DNA of 64,000 bases from an uncultured Gammaproteobacteria bacterium (lineage in GTDB: Bacteria; Patescibacteriota; Microgenomatia; Levybacterales; GWA1-39-11). The notes beneath the pieces are model-generated. The model did not search any database. It was not told the origin of the DNA and saw only the letters and a program-made list of their open reading frames with translations. The stretch spans positions 23,975 through 87,974 of the forward strand of contig CAZIAP010000001.1 of the NCBI GenBank assembly GCA_964537315.1, read 5' to 3'. A program made the translations under genes and the position numbers. This document shows positions 1-12,754 of this stretch, piece by piece. How positions within the stretch are numbered: the stretch's first letter is position 1; each line of letters begins with the position of its first letter.

Positions 1-148
1 AGTAGGGTGCAAAAATAATTACTATTTTTAAGATGCTTCACTACTTTTTAAACTAACTGAGATATGTTTAAATTATATGTCGCACATTCTTGCATACTCT
101 ACTCGTTTCTGCTTTACTATAGTTAGGAATTAGTAACTACTCTGCTCT

Positions 149-1084
149 ATGGAGAAGAAGCTTGATAAATTAATTGATCAATACTTGGAATATCTTGAGA
201 TTGAGCGTAATTGCTCAAAGCTAACTGTCCGCAATTACCGCTTTTACCTTTTTCGCTTTAAAGAATGGTTCTCCAGAACTCACCCTGATGCGGTAATTGA
301 GGATGTTACAAGCGATGTAATAAGAAAATTCAGAGTATTTTTATCTAACTACGAAGATGATAAAGGTATCACTCTCAAGCGTGTAACTCAGTCATATCAC
401 ATTATCGCGTTGCGGTCCTTCCTTCGTTACTTAGTGCGTAATGATTATGATACACTTGCGCCTGAAAAAATAGATTTACCAAAAGGTGAGTCACAATCAC
501 TTAAGTTTTTAGAAAAAGATCATCTTGATGAGTTGTTTGCTGCAGTCGACACTGATGATGAGCGTGGTTTGCGTGATCGGGCTATGCTGGAATTGCTCTT
601 TTCTACAGGACTCCGTGTCTCAGAGTTGGTAAAACTAAATCGGGATCAGCTAAACTTTGAGACCAGAGAATTTGGGGTAGTTGGTAAAGGAAGTAAGCTT
701 AGAATTGTATTTATGTCTGACTCAGCAGTATTCTGGGTTCAAAAATATCTTGAGTCTCGTACTGATAAGTTTAAGCCATTATTTATAAGGTACGCACGTG
801 AAATTGATTACGAAAATGAAGGAGAAAAGATGAGGCTGACAACCCGCAGTGTTGAGAGAACGGTAAAAAAATATGTCAAAAAATCCCGCATCCCGGTAGA
901 CGCAACTCCTCATACAATGAGGCATAGTTTTGCGACAGATCTACTCTCAAATGGAGCTGATCTTCGTAGTGTTCAAGAAATGCTTGGTCATAAAAATATA
1001 TCTACAACCCAGATTTATACACACGTTACAAATCCTAAACTAAAAGAAGTACACAAGAAATTTCACCAGGGAAATAAAAGGTAA
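149..1084 (+). CDS. Tyrosine site-specific recombinase, XerC/XerD family
   Basis: C-terminal catalytic region '...HTMRHSFATDLLSNGADLRSVQEMLGHKNISTTQIYTHV' (R..H..R..Y tyrosine recombinase signature); N-terminal core-binding domain 'LIDQYLEYLEIE...TVRNYRFYL'. Confidence 0.8.
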   Translation: MEKKLDKLIDQYLEYLEIERNCSKLTVRNYRFYLFRFKEWFSRTHPDAVIEDVTSDVIRKFRVFLSNYEDDKGITLKRVTQSYHIIALRSFLRYLVRNDYDTLAPEKIDLPKGESQSLKFLEKDHLDELFAAVDTDDERGLRDRAMLELLFSTGLRVSELVKLNRDQLNFETREFGVVGKGSKLRIVFMSDSAVFWVQKYLESRTDKFKPLFIRYAREIDYENEGEKMRLTTRSVERTVKKYVKKSRIPVDATPHTMRHSFATDLLSNGADLRSVQEMLGHKNISTTQIYTHVTNPKLKEVHKKFHQGNKR

Positions 1085-1187
1085 GCTCATGTCAAGACCT
1101 TGAATTATATTCTTTAACCTTCTACGATATGTATACATCCTAATTAGAAATTAGGTAAATTAGTAATTAGAAATTCTCTGCCTGCCT

Positions 1188-2498
1188 ATGCTAGCTGTTG
1201 AGTATAAAGATTGCCTTGACTATATAGAAAATTACTGGTCCCGTATCGTAAAGGATCCCAAAGAGGTTCCTGCTGGAAACGGATTTATAAAATTGCCTCG
1301 AAGGTATATAACCCCCAATGATAAGAAGTTCTCATATTTGTTCTATTGGGATTCTTATTTTATGTTTCGTGGTCTTATAGGCAATGAAAAAACTGACATC
1401 ATGAAGGATGTCGTTGATAACTATGTGTATATGCTTAAGAGGTACGGTATTATTCCTAACTTTAATTCTCATGCCTCTACGAACCGATCTCAACCTCCGT
1501 TTTTTACCTCTATGATCTTTGACGTTTTTAACGAGACACGTGGTAAAAAGACACTTGCTTCGCGAATGGAATGGGCAAAGTGGGAGTATGAACATGTGTG
1601 GATTGATAAAGGAAATCACTATAACCATAGTGTTGATGGATTTGGCCTAAGTAAATATGGAGATCGAGATGTGGGTTATGCTCATAGCTCAGAGCTGGAA
1701 TCGGGATGGGATTTTACTTCACGTTTTTATAATAGGTGTAATGAATTCTTGCCAATTGATCTTAACTGTTATCTTTACAAGTATGAGTTAGACTTTGCTC
1801 GAACTGCTGAAATTATAGGTAAAAAGTCAGAACAAAAGCTGTGGTTAACCAGAGCACAAAAGCGCAGGAAAGATATCTCAAAATACATGTGGAACGAAGA
1901 AAAAGGCTTTTTCTTTGATTATGATTTCGTGCGCGGAAAGCAAAGCAGATTTTACTCTCTGGCAAGCTATTCCGTCTTATGGGCGGGTTTAGCTACAGCA
2001 AAACAGGCACTAAGGATGATGATGAATCTAGAAAAATTTGAAACCGATTTTGGATTGTTGATTACTGACAAGGAGTCTCTCTCTCCTGAGTTACTTGCAG
2101 GTATTGAGAACGAGGATTATAATCACGCGCTGGTTGAATCAATAAAACCAAAACAATGGGATTACCCCAATATTTGGCCTCCAGTTGAATACCTTGCCGT
2201 GATTGGAATGCTGAGATATGGATACTTAGATGAAGCCAAAAGAATAATGCGTAAATATCTTAAAAGCGAAGCAAGCATCTTCAGAAAACATGGTAACTTC
2301 TTTGAAAAAAGAAATGGAGTTAATGGTGATATATCAGAAAGTTATCATTATGCAAATCAGGGAGGCTTTGGATGGACAAATGCGATATTTTATAGATATG
2401 TACAGATACTGGATGAGATGGAAAAAAACGGAGACGACTCGATTTATACTTTTCCCATGTCAGATATTCCACCTTTTCAGCTTTCTGTGCTGTATTAA
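1188..2498 (+). CDS. Trehalase (glycoside hydrolase family 37), cytoplasmic
   Basis: Matches both trehalase signatures: 'FSYLFYWDSYFMFRGL' (PGGRFxExYxWDxY-like) and 'KQWDYPNIWPPVEY' (QWDxPxGWAPxQ-like); no signal peptide. Confidence 0.7.
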   Translation: MLAVEYKDCLDYIENYWSRIVKDPKEVPAGNGFIKLPRRYITPNDKKFSYLFYWDSYFMFRGLIGNEKTDIMKDVVDNYVYMLKRYGIIPNFNSHASTNRSQPPFFTSMIFDVFNETRGKKTLASRMEWAKWEYEHVWIDKGNHYNHSVDGFGLSKYGDRDVGYAHSSELESGWDFTSRFYNRCNEFLPIDLNCYLYKYELDFARTAEIIGKKSEQKLWLTRAQKRRKDISKYMWNEEKGFFFDYDFVRGKQSRFYSLASYSVLWAGLATAKQALRMMMNLEKFETDFGLLITDKESLSPELLAGIENEDYNHALVESIKPKQWDYPNIWPPVEYLAVIGMLRYGYLDEAKRIMRKYLKSEASIFRKHGNFFEKRNGVNGDISESYHYANQGGFGWTNAIFYRYVQILDEMEKNGDDSIYTFPMSDIPPFQLSVLY

Positions 2499-2504
2499 AT
2501 TTTT

Positions 2505-3128
2505 TCAGCTTTGAGGATTTTTAAATAGTTTTGGTTTGATTATAAAGTACGGCAGAATTCCAAGCGCATTTACTCCTGCCGCAAGAAAGAATACGACTGA
2601 GAATCCATAGTTATCAGCTATTAGTCCTCCTATTGCAGCTGAAAATGCCATTCCTAAAAATACCGCTGCATCGTGTATTCCCCACTCGCTTGTTTCTCTC
2701 TTTTTATCTAAATGTGTTGAGAAAAAAGCATTTTTAATAGGTGTAGAAACTCCGAGTCCAATCCCTTTAATAGCATAGAAAAAGTATATTGGAAAAACAG
2801 TTGTAGTGAATGCAAAGCCTATATACGAGATTGTGATAAGCGAAGTCCCCAGTACGATTAGCTTAATTTTTTTCTTGTCTGAATATTTTACCGCAAGCTC
2901 GCCAATTATTAGTTCAAATATGACTCTAGCTACCAAGTACACACTAAAACCGGTTGCTGCAACACTGACGCTTCCCCCCACTACTCTAGTAGCTGCGAAA
3001 ACAGCAAAAATAGGCATTATAAAGTTCATTGCAGACCAGACAAATGTTTCTGAAAGAATAAAGTATTTAATTATTGGATTAATAGCAAAGTGGGTAGGTC
3101 TATGTCCGAGGAAAGATTCTTTTAGCAT
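2505..3128 (-). CDS. MFS-transporter-like 6-TM membrane protein (half-size; possible truncated gene)
   Basis: 207 aa, about six hydrophobic helices resembling the C-terminal half of an MFS permease; there is no room for an N-terminal half upstream. Confidence 0.35.
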   Translation of the reverse strand: MLKESFLGHRPTHFAINPIIKYFILSETFVWSAMNFIMPIFAVFAATRVVGGSVSVAATGFSVYLVARVIFELIIGELAVKYSDKKKIKLIVLGTSLITISYIGFAFTTTVFPIYFFYAIKGIGLGVSTPIKNAFFSTHLDKKRETSEWGIHDAAVFLGMAFSAAIGGLIADNYGFSVVFFLAAGVNALGILPYFIIKPKLFKNPQS

Positions 3129-3176
3129 ATTTACATTGTAATATAAATTAGTTATTAGTTGTTAAAATTTATTTCT

Positions 3177-3875
3177 TTATCTTTTTCTACCTCCAAAAAC
3201 TAAGTTAGTTGCGTCTCCTTTTACTCCAATTCCTACATGAGTCCATTCAGATTTCAACTGACTTTCGTTATGCGATGAGGAGCTCCCATAAATATTTTCT
3301 ATGAGGTTTTTCGCGTCTTCCCAGTTTCCGTAACTTGAGTTCTCGCCAAGTGCATTAAAGCCCATCTGTTCAAAGCCATTATCATCTAATAGTGTCTGAA
3401 ATCCTGCATGATTATCCATACTTCCGGCTGAGGCAAAACTATCTGCTCTACTCTGAGAGAATGTCTGCAACTTTGGGTCAGTTTGCAATGGACCAATCCC
3501 GTTTTTTTGTCTATAGTTGTTTAACGCTTTCAGTATCTCTTCTTGTATAGAGGGAGGTTGTATATCAGTGGTAGGTGCTTGTGTTGGTGTTAAATGTAGA
3601 CTATTCGTAGAGGTTGGAGTTATAGTCGGTGAAATAGAAATTTTTACTGAGGTAGGCGTAGCAGTTGCTGAAGCGGTAGGTGATAGTTTCGTTTCAATTC
3701 CCTGAACTTGCTGTAGTGCGTATGCTTTGGGTGCTGCAGTTTCTTCGTTTAAAAAATTAACGTACTTTACTATGATTACTCCGAAAACAATATAAAAAGT
3801 GACACAAAGAATACCAGATATAATCAGTTCTTTTTTCCCTCGGGCAGAAACTCTCACAAACTCAGTGTAGCACAA
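3177..3875 (-). CDS. Secreted CAP/SCP/PR-1-like (YkwD-type) domain protein with N-terminal anchor and Thr/Pro-rich linker
   Basis: N-terminal TM segment, 'TPTSVKISISPTITPTSTNSLHLTPTQAPTT' linker, C-terminal CAP-like block 'ALNNYRQKNGIGPL...GENSSYGNWEDAKNLIENIYGSSSSHNESQLKSEWTHVGIGV'. Confidence 0.55.
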   Translation of the reverse strand: MCYTEFVRVSARGKKELIISGILCVTFYIVFGVIIVKYVNFLNEETAAPKAYALQQVQGIETKLSPTASATATPTSVKISISPTITPTSTNSLHLTPTQAPTTDIQPPSIQEEILKALNNYRQKNGIGPLQTDPKLQTFSQSRADSFASAGSMDNHAGFQTLLDDNGFEQMGFNALGENSSYGNWEDAKNLIENIYGSSSSHNESQLKSEWTHVGIGVKGDATNLVFGGRKR

Positions 3876-4045
3876 AACGCATCAAACAACTACTTAAGTG
3901 TATTGATATTTTGGTGTCGTTTTCCAGATATGTAAAGGATTTATTGTAAAAATCTATATCTGATGGAGAGGGTTATAGCCTGCTTGACTCAAAAAATACT
4001 GTTAGTGTATAGTCATAATAGTGTAAGAGAATTGTAAATCCCTCT

Positions 4046-4576
4046 ATGAGTATTACGTATGTTCCCTACCCTAAATATTATTCTGACCGATGGAATTATT
4101 CGATAAATGCGGAAACTGTATTGTCAAAATACATTCTCCAAATGCAGGTTCCAGAATCTATTCTAACAACTGCTTCACTCCCGGCAACTCATATGATTAT
4201 TTCGAAACTTGAGCCTCGAATTCTTAAGTCTAAATGTTTTAATAATAAACATTTACCGTTTAATCAAGAAGTAAAAAAAACAGAAACAGCTCATTTATTC
4301 GAGCATATTTTGCTTGAGTATCTCTGTCAGGAGCATATTAAGTCAGGTGTTAAATCTGCAAAATTTTCTGGCTGGACAAGCTGGAACTGGAAGAAAGATG
4401 AAAGAGGAGTGTTCCACATAAAGATATCAGGAAACAAAACTGACGATACTCAGTTCGCCCGAGCTGTTTCCCGCTCTGTGATGTTATTTGAAACAATTTT
4501 ATCGATGAACCTGAATCTAATAAATTCCAAACAGATAGGTTTAGACTATCTGTTTGTAAAACGAATGCATGAATAA
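4046..4576 (+). CDS. Hypothetical protein
   Basis: 176-aa ORF with no recognisable motif. Confidence 0.3.
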   Translation: MSITYVPYPKYYSDRWNYSINAETVLSKYILQMQVPESILTTASLPATHMIISKLEPRILKSKCFNNKHLPFNQEVKKTETAHLFEHILLEYLCQEHIKSGVKSAKFSGWTSWNWKKDERGVFHIKISGNKTDDTQFARAVSRSVMLFETILSMNLNLINSKQIGLDYLFVKRMHE

Positions 4577-4592
4577 TATGCTAGGCTACGTG

Positions 4593-4808
4593 TTATGCAC
4601 GTCCGCCTTTCCTACCTGCAATCCTAGCCCTTTCAGGATCGTTCTTGAAGTTACCAGTGCTCGCACGTCCACCTTTGCTTCCGATCTCAGAGTAAAATTT
4701 TGAATCGTGAGACCGTGCAGTAGCCATACCGCCTTTTTGCCCTGCCTTTTTGTGACCTTCTGGATCACCGTGCCATCCTCGACCTTTTGATGCTGCCATA
4801 CAATACAC
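4593..4808 (-). CDS. KGG-repeat general-stress-type small protein (YciG-like)
   Basis: Repeated 'KGG' motifs ('AGQKGGMATA', 'IGSKGGRAST', 'AGRKGGRA'). Strong SD 'AAGGAGGTG' 7 nt upstream on the - strand. Confidence 0.6.
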   Translation of the reverse strand: MYCMAASKGRGWHGDPEGHKKAGQKGGMATARSHDSKFYSEIGSKGGRASTGNFKNDPERARIAGRKGGRA

Positions 4809-5084
4809 CTCCTTCTTTTAGTTTGTAGATTATCGTCTACAACTAAAACTTATTAATTAACATTACCAACCATGCTTTATAAAAGCATATGGTGCAAGTA
4901 AGAAATTGGAAAGACCATAAAGTAGCGTATAGAGGGTTTATGGGTTTAGGGTACAGCGGTTAGTTAATATAAATTAATTGAGAGACAATATGCATTAGAA
5001 TCTGAGCGCTAGAAGTTTTTTTACAAGGGGTTTTTTACAAGGTTGAACCTTTACTAGGCATGAGATAAAACGATTCAAGGATCA

Positions 5085-5116
5085 ACCTTTACAATTGACA
5101 ACCTTTACAATTGAAT
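5085..5116. repeat. Perfect tandem direct repeat 2 x 16 bp 'caacctttacaattga'
   Basis: Read directly; related 'gaacctttac' and 'aacctttaac' copies nearby. Confidence 0.8.
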
Positions 5117-5170
5117 AGAAACAATTAACCTTTAACCCCGTTTGGCGGGGCAAGCTATAAACCATGAGCT

Positions 5171-5220
5171 ATGAACCATGAACAATGAACCATGAACAAT
5201 GAACCATGAACAATGAACCA
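5171..5220. repeat. Tandem repeat, 14-bp unit 'atgaaccatgaaca' x about 3.6 (equivalently 7-mer ATGAAC[C/A] x 7)
   Basis: Read directly, immediately downstream of the folD stop. Confidence 0.85.
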
Positions 5221-5227
5221 ACAGACA

Positions 5228-6067
5228 TTAACTTTGTTCTATTCTTTGTAATTGAGCTGCTTGCAGAACATTCTGCAGTAGAAACGTGAGATTTAAGGGT
5301 CCTACTCCCCCAGGAGTAGGTGTATACACTGCTCCACTCTGTTTTGCGTCTCTATTTGTGAAATCGCCGCGAATTTTGTTGCCTTCTTTTCTAATACCAA
5401 CCCCAATCAGTACCTGATCTTTGTGCATTTGATCTTCTGATACTACTTGTTTGCCTGCACAGCTAATTACTATGTCAGATTCCTTGATAATTTTTTCAGG
5501 CTGTTTTGTTTTACTATCTATCACGTTTACATCTCCTCCTACAGTCTGCAACCCTTTTATAGTTGGCGCACCAGCTGTCTCACCTTTACCTATCACAGTG
5601 ATCTTTTTGCCTTTGAGGTACGACTGTAAGGAGTCTTCATAATTGGTTGATATATACTCTAGGATATATTTTACTGCGAGCCAGACTGGGACTTCGTAGG
5701 GTGAATCGGGTCTAAAACCATCTACATCTTTTTGAGGTTGAATGGCCTCGATTACTTGCTTTTTGTCAATATTTTCAGGCAGAGGTCGTTGTACTATGAT
5801 TCCGTGAGTATGCTTGTCAGCGTTTAATAAATCTATAGCATTGACTACCCCTTGTGTAGTTGAGTCTTTAAGATTATATACGCTTGCTTTAATTGAGAGT
5901 TTTTCTGCCCATTTCAGTTTTTGGTTAACGTAAGTTTGCCAACTCTCTTCTGTGCCGAGTGTAATAATCGCCAGATGAGGAGCTATGCCATTTGAAGTAA
6001 GTTTTTGAGCCTCGGCTTTTATAAGAGGGCGGATTTGGTCTGCAAGTTGGTTTCCTGATATTTCCAT
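5228..6067 (-). CDS. folD: Bifunctional methylenetetrahydrofolate dehydrogenase/cyclohydrolase
   Basis: 279 aa; Rossmann segment 'VIGKGETAGAPTIKGL' and C-terminal 'TPTPGGVGPLNLTFLLQNVL' match FolD architecture. Confidence 0.7.
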   Translation of the reverse strand: MEISGNQLADQIRPLIKAEAQKLTSNGIAPHLAIITLGTEESWQTYVNQKLKWAEKLSIKASVYNLKDSTTQGVVNAIDLLNADKHTHGIIVQRPLPENIDKKQVIEAIQPQKDVDGFRPDSPYEVPVWLAVKYILEYISTNYEDSLQSYLKGKKITVIGKGETAGAPTIKGLQTVGGDVNVIDSKTKQPEKIIKESDIVISCAGKQVVSEDQMHKDQVLIGVGIRKEGNKIRGDFTNRDAKQSGAVYTPTPGGVGPLNLTFLLQNVLQAAQLQRIEQS

Positions 6068-6110
6068 CAGGATATTATACCATTAAAAGAAATTAGAAAT
6101 TAAGAAAGGT

Positions 6111-8690
6111 CTACTCTTCTTCTTGCTCAGTAACGCAGGTTGCGGCGGCTACTTTATCGTCTTTTTTAGAAAATCTCATGAGTATTACTCCCTGAGCGTT
6201 ACGTGAAAGAAGCGGTATGGAGTCAATCGCAATTTTGACAACCTGACCTTTTTGAGAAGTCATTATGATCTCTTTTCCATCTGCAGGTAGAACTGCTGAG
6301 TATACAATTTTTCCTGTTTTATCATTGATATTTGCAACTCTTACACCCTGTCCTCCTCTGTTCTGGTTTTTAAATGCATCAACGCGTGTTTTCTTGCCGA
6401 GTCCATTTTCGGCAATGACTAGTAGGCTGGCTGCCTTGTCAGCGCTAGATATAACATCTACTCCTACAACCATGTCATCGCCTATTAGTTTTATACCTCG
6501 TACACCCATGCTTGACCTGCCGGTCGCACGAATTTGAGTTTCATTGAAACAAATAATCTTACCGTTGGCGGTTACTAACAGTACTTCATCATTTCCGCTG
6601 GTGAACCTTGCCCAAGTGAGGCTGTCAGTGTCAGCAATTTTAATGGCTATAATTCCATTTTTGCGTATATTCGCAAACTCTGTCAGTTTAGTTTTTTTGA
6701 CTTCACCCTTCCGTGTAGCAAGCATTACGTATTCTTTTTCTTCTTTTTGCTGCGGATTATATGTAAGTATTGAGCTGATTGTCTCACCCGACTCTGTATT
6801 TAAAAGATTGGCAATTGCCTGACCTTTGGCAATACGTGAGCTTTCAGGAATCTCAAACACTCTTGTCTGATAAACTTTCCCTTTGTTAGTGAAAAAGAGG
6901 ATGTACTCATGAGTCTGAGAGAAAAGGATGTGATCTATTATGTCATCTTCTTTTGTAGTCATGCCCATAACGCCTTTTCCTCCTCGTTTTTGGGTTTTAA
7001 ATGATGCCATACTCTGTCGTTTGACGTACCCTGTTTTAGTGACGGTGATCACTGTAGGTTCATTCTGTATTAAGTCTTCATCAGAAAATTCATCTGCTTT
7101 AGAGCTAAATACGCGAGTTCTTCTTTCATCTCCGTATTCTTTCTTGATTTCTTTTATCTCATCTTTAATTACAGCAAGCATCTTTAATGGATCGCCAAGA
7201 ATTGATAAAAGATAATCAATAATTGCTTTTACACTCTTCCACTCTTCTTCAAGTTTTTGCCGTTCAAGCGCAGCTAGTCTTCGAAGTTGCATGTCTAAAA
7301 TCGCGATTGCTTGAATGTCGGTGAGTTTATATTTTTCCATCAGGTTAGTACGAGCTTCATCTGCACTTTTTGAGTTGCGGATCAGCTGGATAACTGCGTC
7401 GATATCGTTAACAGCAATAAGCAGTCCGTCCAAGATATGTAATCTGGCTTGTGCTTGACGAAGCTCAAATTGTGATCGTCGTGTTACAACATCAAATCGG
7501 TGCTTTATATACTCTTCAAGTATAAGTTTTAGATTACATGTACGAGGAATTCCATTTACAAGCGCCACCATATTGGCAGGAAAAGATGACTGCAATGCTG
7601 TTAGTTTGTATAAGTTATTAAGAATCTTCTTAGGAGCGACATCACGTTTTAGTTCTACGACAACTCTAATACCTGCACGGTCTGACTCATCTCTAAGATC
7701 AGAAATACCCTCAAGTTTTTTGTCCTTTGCAAGCTCTGCAATTCGCGAGACAAGCGAAGCTTTGTTCACCTGATACGGCAGCTCACGAATGATTATTGCG
7801 CTCTTTCCACCACTTAGCTCTTCAATCTCGGCAATCCCACGCATTAGTACTCTACCCCGTCCGGTACGATAAATATTTTTTATCTCGTTCGCGTCAAATA
7901 TTACTCCTCCTGTTGGGAAGTCAGGTCCTTTGATATGTTCTAATAGGTCATCAATTGTAGTATCAAACGTAAATGGAAAATATACTTCTTCAGTATTAAG
8001 GACGTTTGTTGTTACACCGTTTGAGCTATCAGTTTCTTCATCAGTGTTGGTTTCCCCATCTTGAGTAGATATAGTTTCAATTTTTTTAGCCTTATCTATG
8101 CTCAAAAGTACCGCATCAATTACTTCTGTAAGATTATGTGGAGGAATTTTTGTTGCCATACCCACTGCAATACCCTCACTTCCCATGAGTAATAGATTTG
8201 GTAGCAACGCGGGAAGTACTACAGGTTCCTGTTCAGAACCATCAAAGTTTGGCGTATAAGTGATTGTGTCTTTTTGATAATCACGTAGAAGCTCTTCAGC
8301 GATCTTAGTAAGTCTTGCTTCGGTATAACGGTAAGCCGCAGGACTATCACCGTCTATTGATCCGAAGTTTCCTTGACCATCAATGAGCGGATATCGTAAA
8401 CTCCACTCTTGAGCAAGGCGAACCATTGCGTCATATACGGCCATATCACCATGAGGATGGTATTTTTTTAACACTTCTCCGACCACACCCGCACATTTGG
8501 AGTATTTGTGGTCATGGGTTAACCCTAGATCTTTATACATCGCATATAGAATTCTGCGGTGTACAGGTTTAAGACCATCACGTACATCAGGCAAGGCTCG
8601 TGAAACAATTACTGACATCGCGTAGTCAAGATACGCTTTCTTAGCCTCAACTGAGATATCTATATTTTCTACTTTACCTATATCTTGCAT
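6111..8690 (-). CDS. gyrA: DNA gyrase subunit A
   Basis: '[18 protein letters not shown]', active-site region '[10 protein letters not shown]', C-terminal beta-pinwheel repeats. Confidence 0.95.
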   Translation of the reverse strand: MQDIGKVENIDISVEAKKAYLDYAMSVIVSRALPDVRDGLKPVHRRILYAMYKDLGLTHDHKYSKCAGVVGEVLKKYHPHGDMAVYDAMVRLAQEWSLRYPLIDGQGNFGSIDGDSPAAYRYTEARLTKIAEELLRDYQKDTITYTPNFDGSEQEPVVLPALLPNLLLMGSEGIAVGMATKIPPHNLTEVIDAVLLSIDKAKKIETISTQDGETNTDEETDSSNGVTTNVLNTEEVYFPFTFDTTIDDLLEHIKGPDFPTGGVIFDANEIKNIYRTGRGRVLMRGIAEIEELSGGKSAIIIRELPYQVNKASLVSRIAELAKDKKLEGISDLRDESDRAGIRVVVELKRDVAPKKILNNLYKLTALQSSFPANMVALVNGIPRTCNLKLILEEYIKHRFDVVTRRSQFELRQAQARLHILDGLLIAVNDIDAVIQLIRNSKSADEARTNLMEKYKLTDIQAIAILDMQLRRLAALERQKLEEEWKSVKAIIDYLLSILGDPLKMLAVIKDEIKEIKKEYGDERRTRVFSSKADEFSDEDLIQNEPTVITVTKTGYVKRQSMASFKTQKRGGKGVMGMTTKEDDIIDHILFSQTHEYILFFTNKGKVYQTRVFEIPESSRIAKGQAIANLLNTESGETISSILTYNPQQKEEKEYVMLATRKGEVKKTKLTEFANIRKNGIIAIKIADTDSLTWARFTSGNDEVLLVTANGKIICFNETQIRATGRSSMGVRGIKLIGDDMVVGVDVISSADKAASLLVIAENGLGKKTRVDAFKNQNRGGQGVRVANINDKTGKIVYSAVLPADGKEIIMTSQKGQVVKIAIDSIPLLSRNAQGVILMRFSKKDDKVAAATCVTEQEEE

Positions 8691-8760
8691 AATATTTATA
8701 ACTCTAAGAGTTATGATATAAGACTTAAGTTAAAGATACTTAAGTCTTACGTCTTAATTC

Positions 8761-9276
8761 TTATTTATAGCTATTGATTGATTTTTCAATCTCTGCGATA
8801 GCTACATCTTTACCTTTCCATTCTTTAACCTTTACCCATTTTCCCGGTTCAAGCGCTTTATAGTTCTCAAAGAAGTTCTTAATCTTTGATTTGAGTGCTT
8901 CCGGTAAATCAGAAACGTCATTATATGTTCCGTATAACGGATCTATCTTTGCAGGTGGAACTGCCAAAATCTTTGCATCAATTCCAGACTCATCTTCCAT
9001 TTCAAGCATACCAATCGGTATTGCAGGAATAGCCGCTCCAGGTGCAATAGACTCATCTGAGAGCACCAACACGTCAGTCGGATCACCGTCTTCTGCGAGA
9101 GTATTTGGAACAAAGCCATAGTTAAAAGGAAAGTACATTGCAGTGTGTAAAAATCTGTCAACCATAACAACACCACTGTCTTTGTCCAGTTCATACTTAA
9201 TAGAGCTTCCTCTTGGTATTTCCACAAGCACGTTTACTTCGTGCGGCGGATTCTTTCCTGTTGATAAGTTGTTCAT
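8761..9276 (-). CDS. ppa: Inorganic pyrophosphatase (family I)
   Basis: '[26 protein letters not shown]...[10 protein letters not shown]' canonical family I PPase. Confidence 0.9.
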   Translation of the reverse strand: MNNLSTGKNPPHEVNVLVEIPRGSSIKYELDKDSGVVMVDRFLHTAMYFPFNYGFVPNTLAEDGDPTDVLVLSDESIAPGAAIPAIPIGMLEMEDESGIDAKILAVPPAKIDPLYGTYNDVSDLPEALKSKIKNFFENYKALEPGKWVKVKEWKGKDVAIAEIEKSINSYK

Positions 9277-9413
9277 AATTTTATCACCACCCTCTTCATA
9301 ACTAAATATCTAATGTTGCAGTAGTCGCCCTCCGATTCTTACTTTTTGCTTTTACCTATTATTCATAGCACGGCTCAAAGAGCGAATCTAGGCGGACTCC
9401 CACTGCTATTCTA

Positions 9414-11378
<1,965 letters not shown>

Positions 11379-11545
11379 TTATTATACCAAATTTGTGCGT
11401 ATATTGCTAGGATTTTGCGATGAAATCAAGCAAAACGGTCAACAAGTAATAGTTATACTATGTTTCTTGTATAAAAATCAAGCACATGAAATAAATTACA
11501 CTTTTAGGTCTCGACTTTCAATACATTACTGTTACAAATCTGTAG

Positions 11546-12745
11546 CTATTGTATTTGGGTGATAAGGCTGTAGATCGGGGTGATAACGGAGAAAATCAAA
11601 AATCCGACTGAGATACCAAGAGTGATGATAAGTATTGGTTCAATTGATGTGGTCAAGGTCTTGATTTTTAAATTCATGTCTCGTTCAAAGTACTCTGCTA
11701 GCTTGAGTAAACTTTCATCTAGCTTACCTGTGGACTCTCCTACTTTTATCATTTGGATTACAATAGGCTGAAATATGTTCTGATTTTCCAGAGCAGTTGA
11801 TAAAGGCACACCTTTTTCAACCATCGAGCTAGCCGCAGTAATTGCATGCCTATAGTGATAATTGCCCGCAACTTGAGCTGTAATAGTCATGGATTCTATA
11901 ATCGTAGAACCGGAAACGATAAGCAATGATAGCGTTCTCGCTACTTCGTCTACGATTGATAGCTCTATAATCTTGCCAATTACCGGAACTTTTATTTTTA
12001 TCGTATCTATTATTTTTACCCCTTGCTCAGTCTTTTTTAATCGTTTGAAAAGGAAGAATCCTCCTATTGCTGCAATGATTACAAGCGGGAAAAAATTTGT
12101 AAATAGTTTGGACATTCCTAATACAAGTTTTGTTGATGTGGGCAACTCAAGATTAAGACTTTCATAGAGGGACCCTAGCTGTGGAATAACAAAGATATTC
12201 ATAACTGTTATAACTCCAAGCATACCTACTACGATAATGATGGGGTAAAATAATGCAGAGCGTATCTGTTTTTTCATATCTTCAGATCTTTCGAGATTTT
12301 CTGCAAGTCTGGCAAGTACTTTATCCAAAAGCCCACCTGTTTCTGCTGCTCTTACAAGTGCGATATAAACGTCTGAAAATGCCTCTGGGTGTTTAGAAAG
12401 AGCTTGTGAAAATGATGAGCCTTCTGAGACATCAGTCATCAACTCATCAATAATAGAGTTGATTGCAGAGTTTGTGGATTGTTTTCTTAGAATTGATAAA
12501 GATTCAAGAAGCGTGAGTCCGGTAAGGATCATTGATGAGAGTTGTCGAGTGAAAAGCACAATATCCGATTTTTTAACACCCTGAAACATCTTCAAAGACG
12601 TATTGATGTTTCTTCTTTGATTGACGGTAATGGGGGTGAGGTTTTTTTTCCGAAGAAAATCTACTACTTCTTTTTGTGAGCTAGCTTCGATTATTCCTTT
12701 TTCTTTTTCTCCTGTTTTGTTAATTGCAACGTAGTGAAATTCCAT
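11546..12745 (-). CDS. pilC: Type IV pilus assembly platform protein (GspF/PilC family)
   Basis: 399 aa with two repeats of the GspF domain and three TM segments. Confidence 0.85.
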   Translation of the reverse strand: MEFHYVAINKTGEKEKGIIEASSQKEVVDFLRKKNLTPITVNQRRNINTSLKMFQGVKKSDIVLFTRQLSSMILTGLTLLESLSILRKQSTNSAINSIIDELMTDVSEGSSFSQALSKHPEAFSDVYIALVRAAETGGLLDKVLARLAENLERSEDMKKQIRSALFYPIIIVVGMLGVITVMNIFVIPQLGSLYESLNLELPTSTKLVLGMSKLFTNFFPLVIIAAIGGFFLFKRLKKTEQGVKIIDTIKIKVPVIGKIIELSIVDEVARTLSLLIVSGSTIIESMTITAQVAGNYHYRHAITAASSMVEKGVPLSTALENQNIFQPIVIQMIKVGESTGKLDESLLKLAEYFERDMNLKIKTLTTSIEPILIITLGISVGFLIFSVITPIYSLITQIQ

Positions 12746-12754
12746 ATGCAGTTG

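Noticed and set aside
1-148. A dif site for the adjacent XerC/D-like recombinase
   Set aside because: No convincing 28-bp dif-like imperfect palindrome recognised upstream
1332-1628. Antisense or shadow ORFs inside confident genes (1332..1628, 2806..3141, 3517..3705, 5447..5642, 6265..7215, 8891..9227, 10865..11086, 14548..15351, 37603..38193, 42297..43181, 47455..47673, 60262..61127 and others)
   Set aside because: Each overlaps a well-supported gene on the opposite strand or another frame, has no motifs and is low-complexity; treated as spurious
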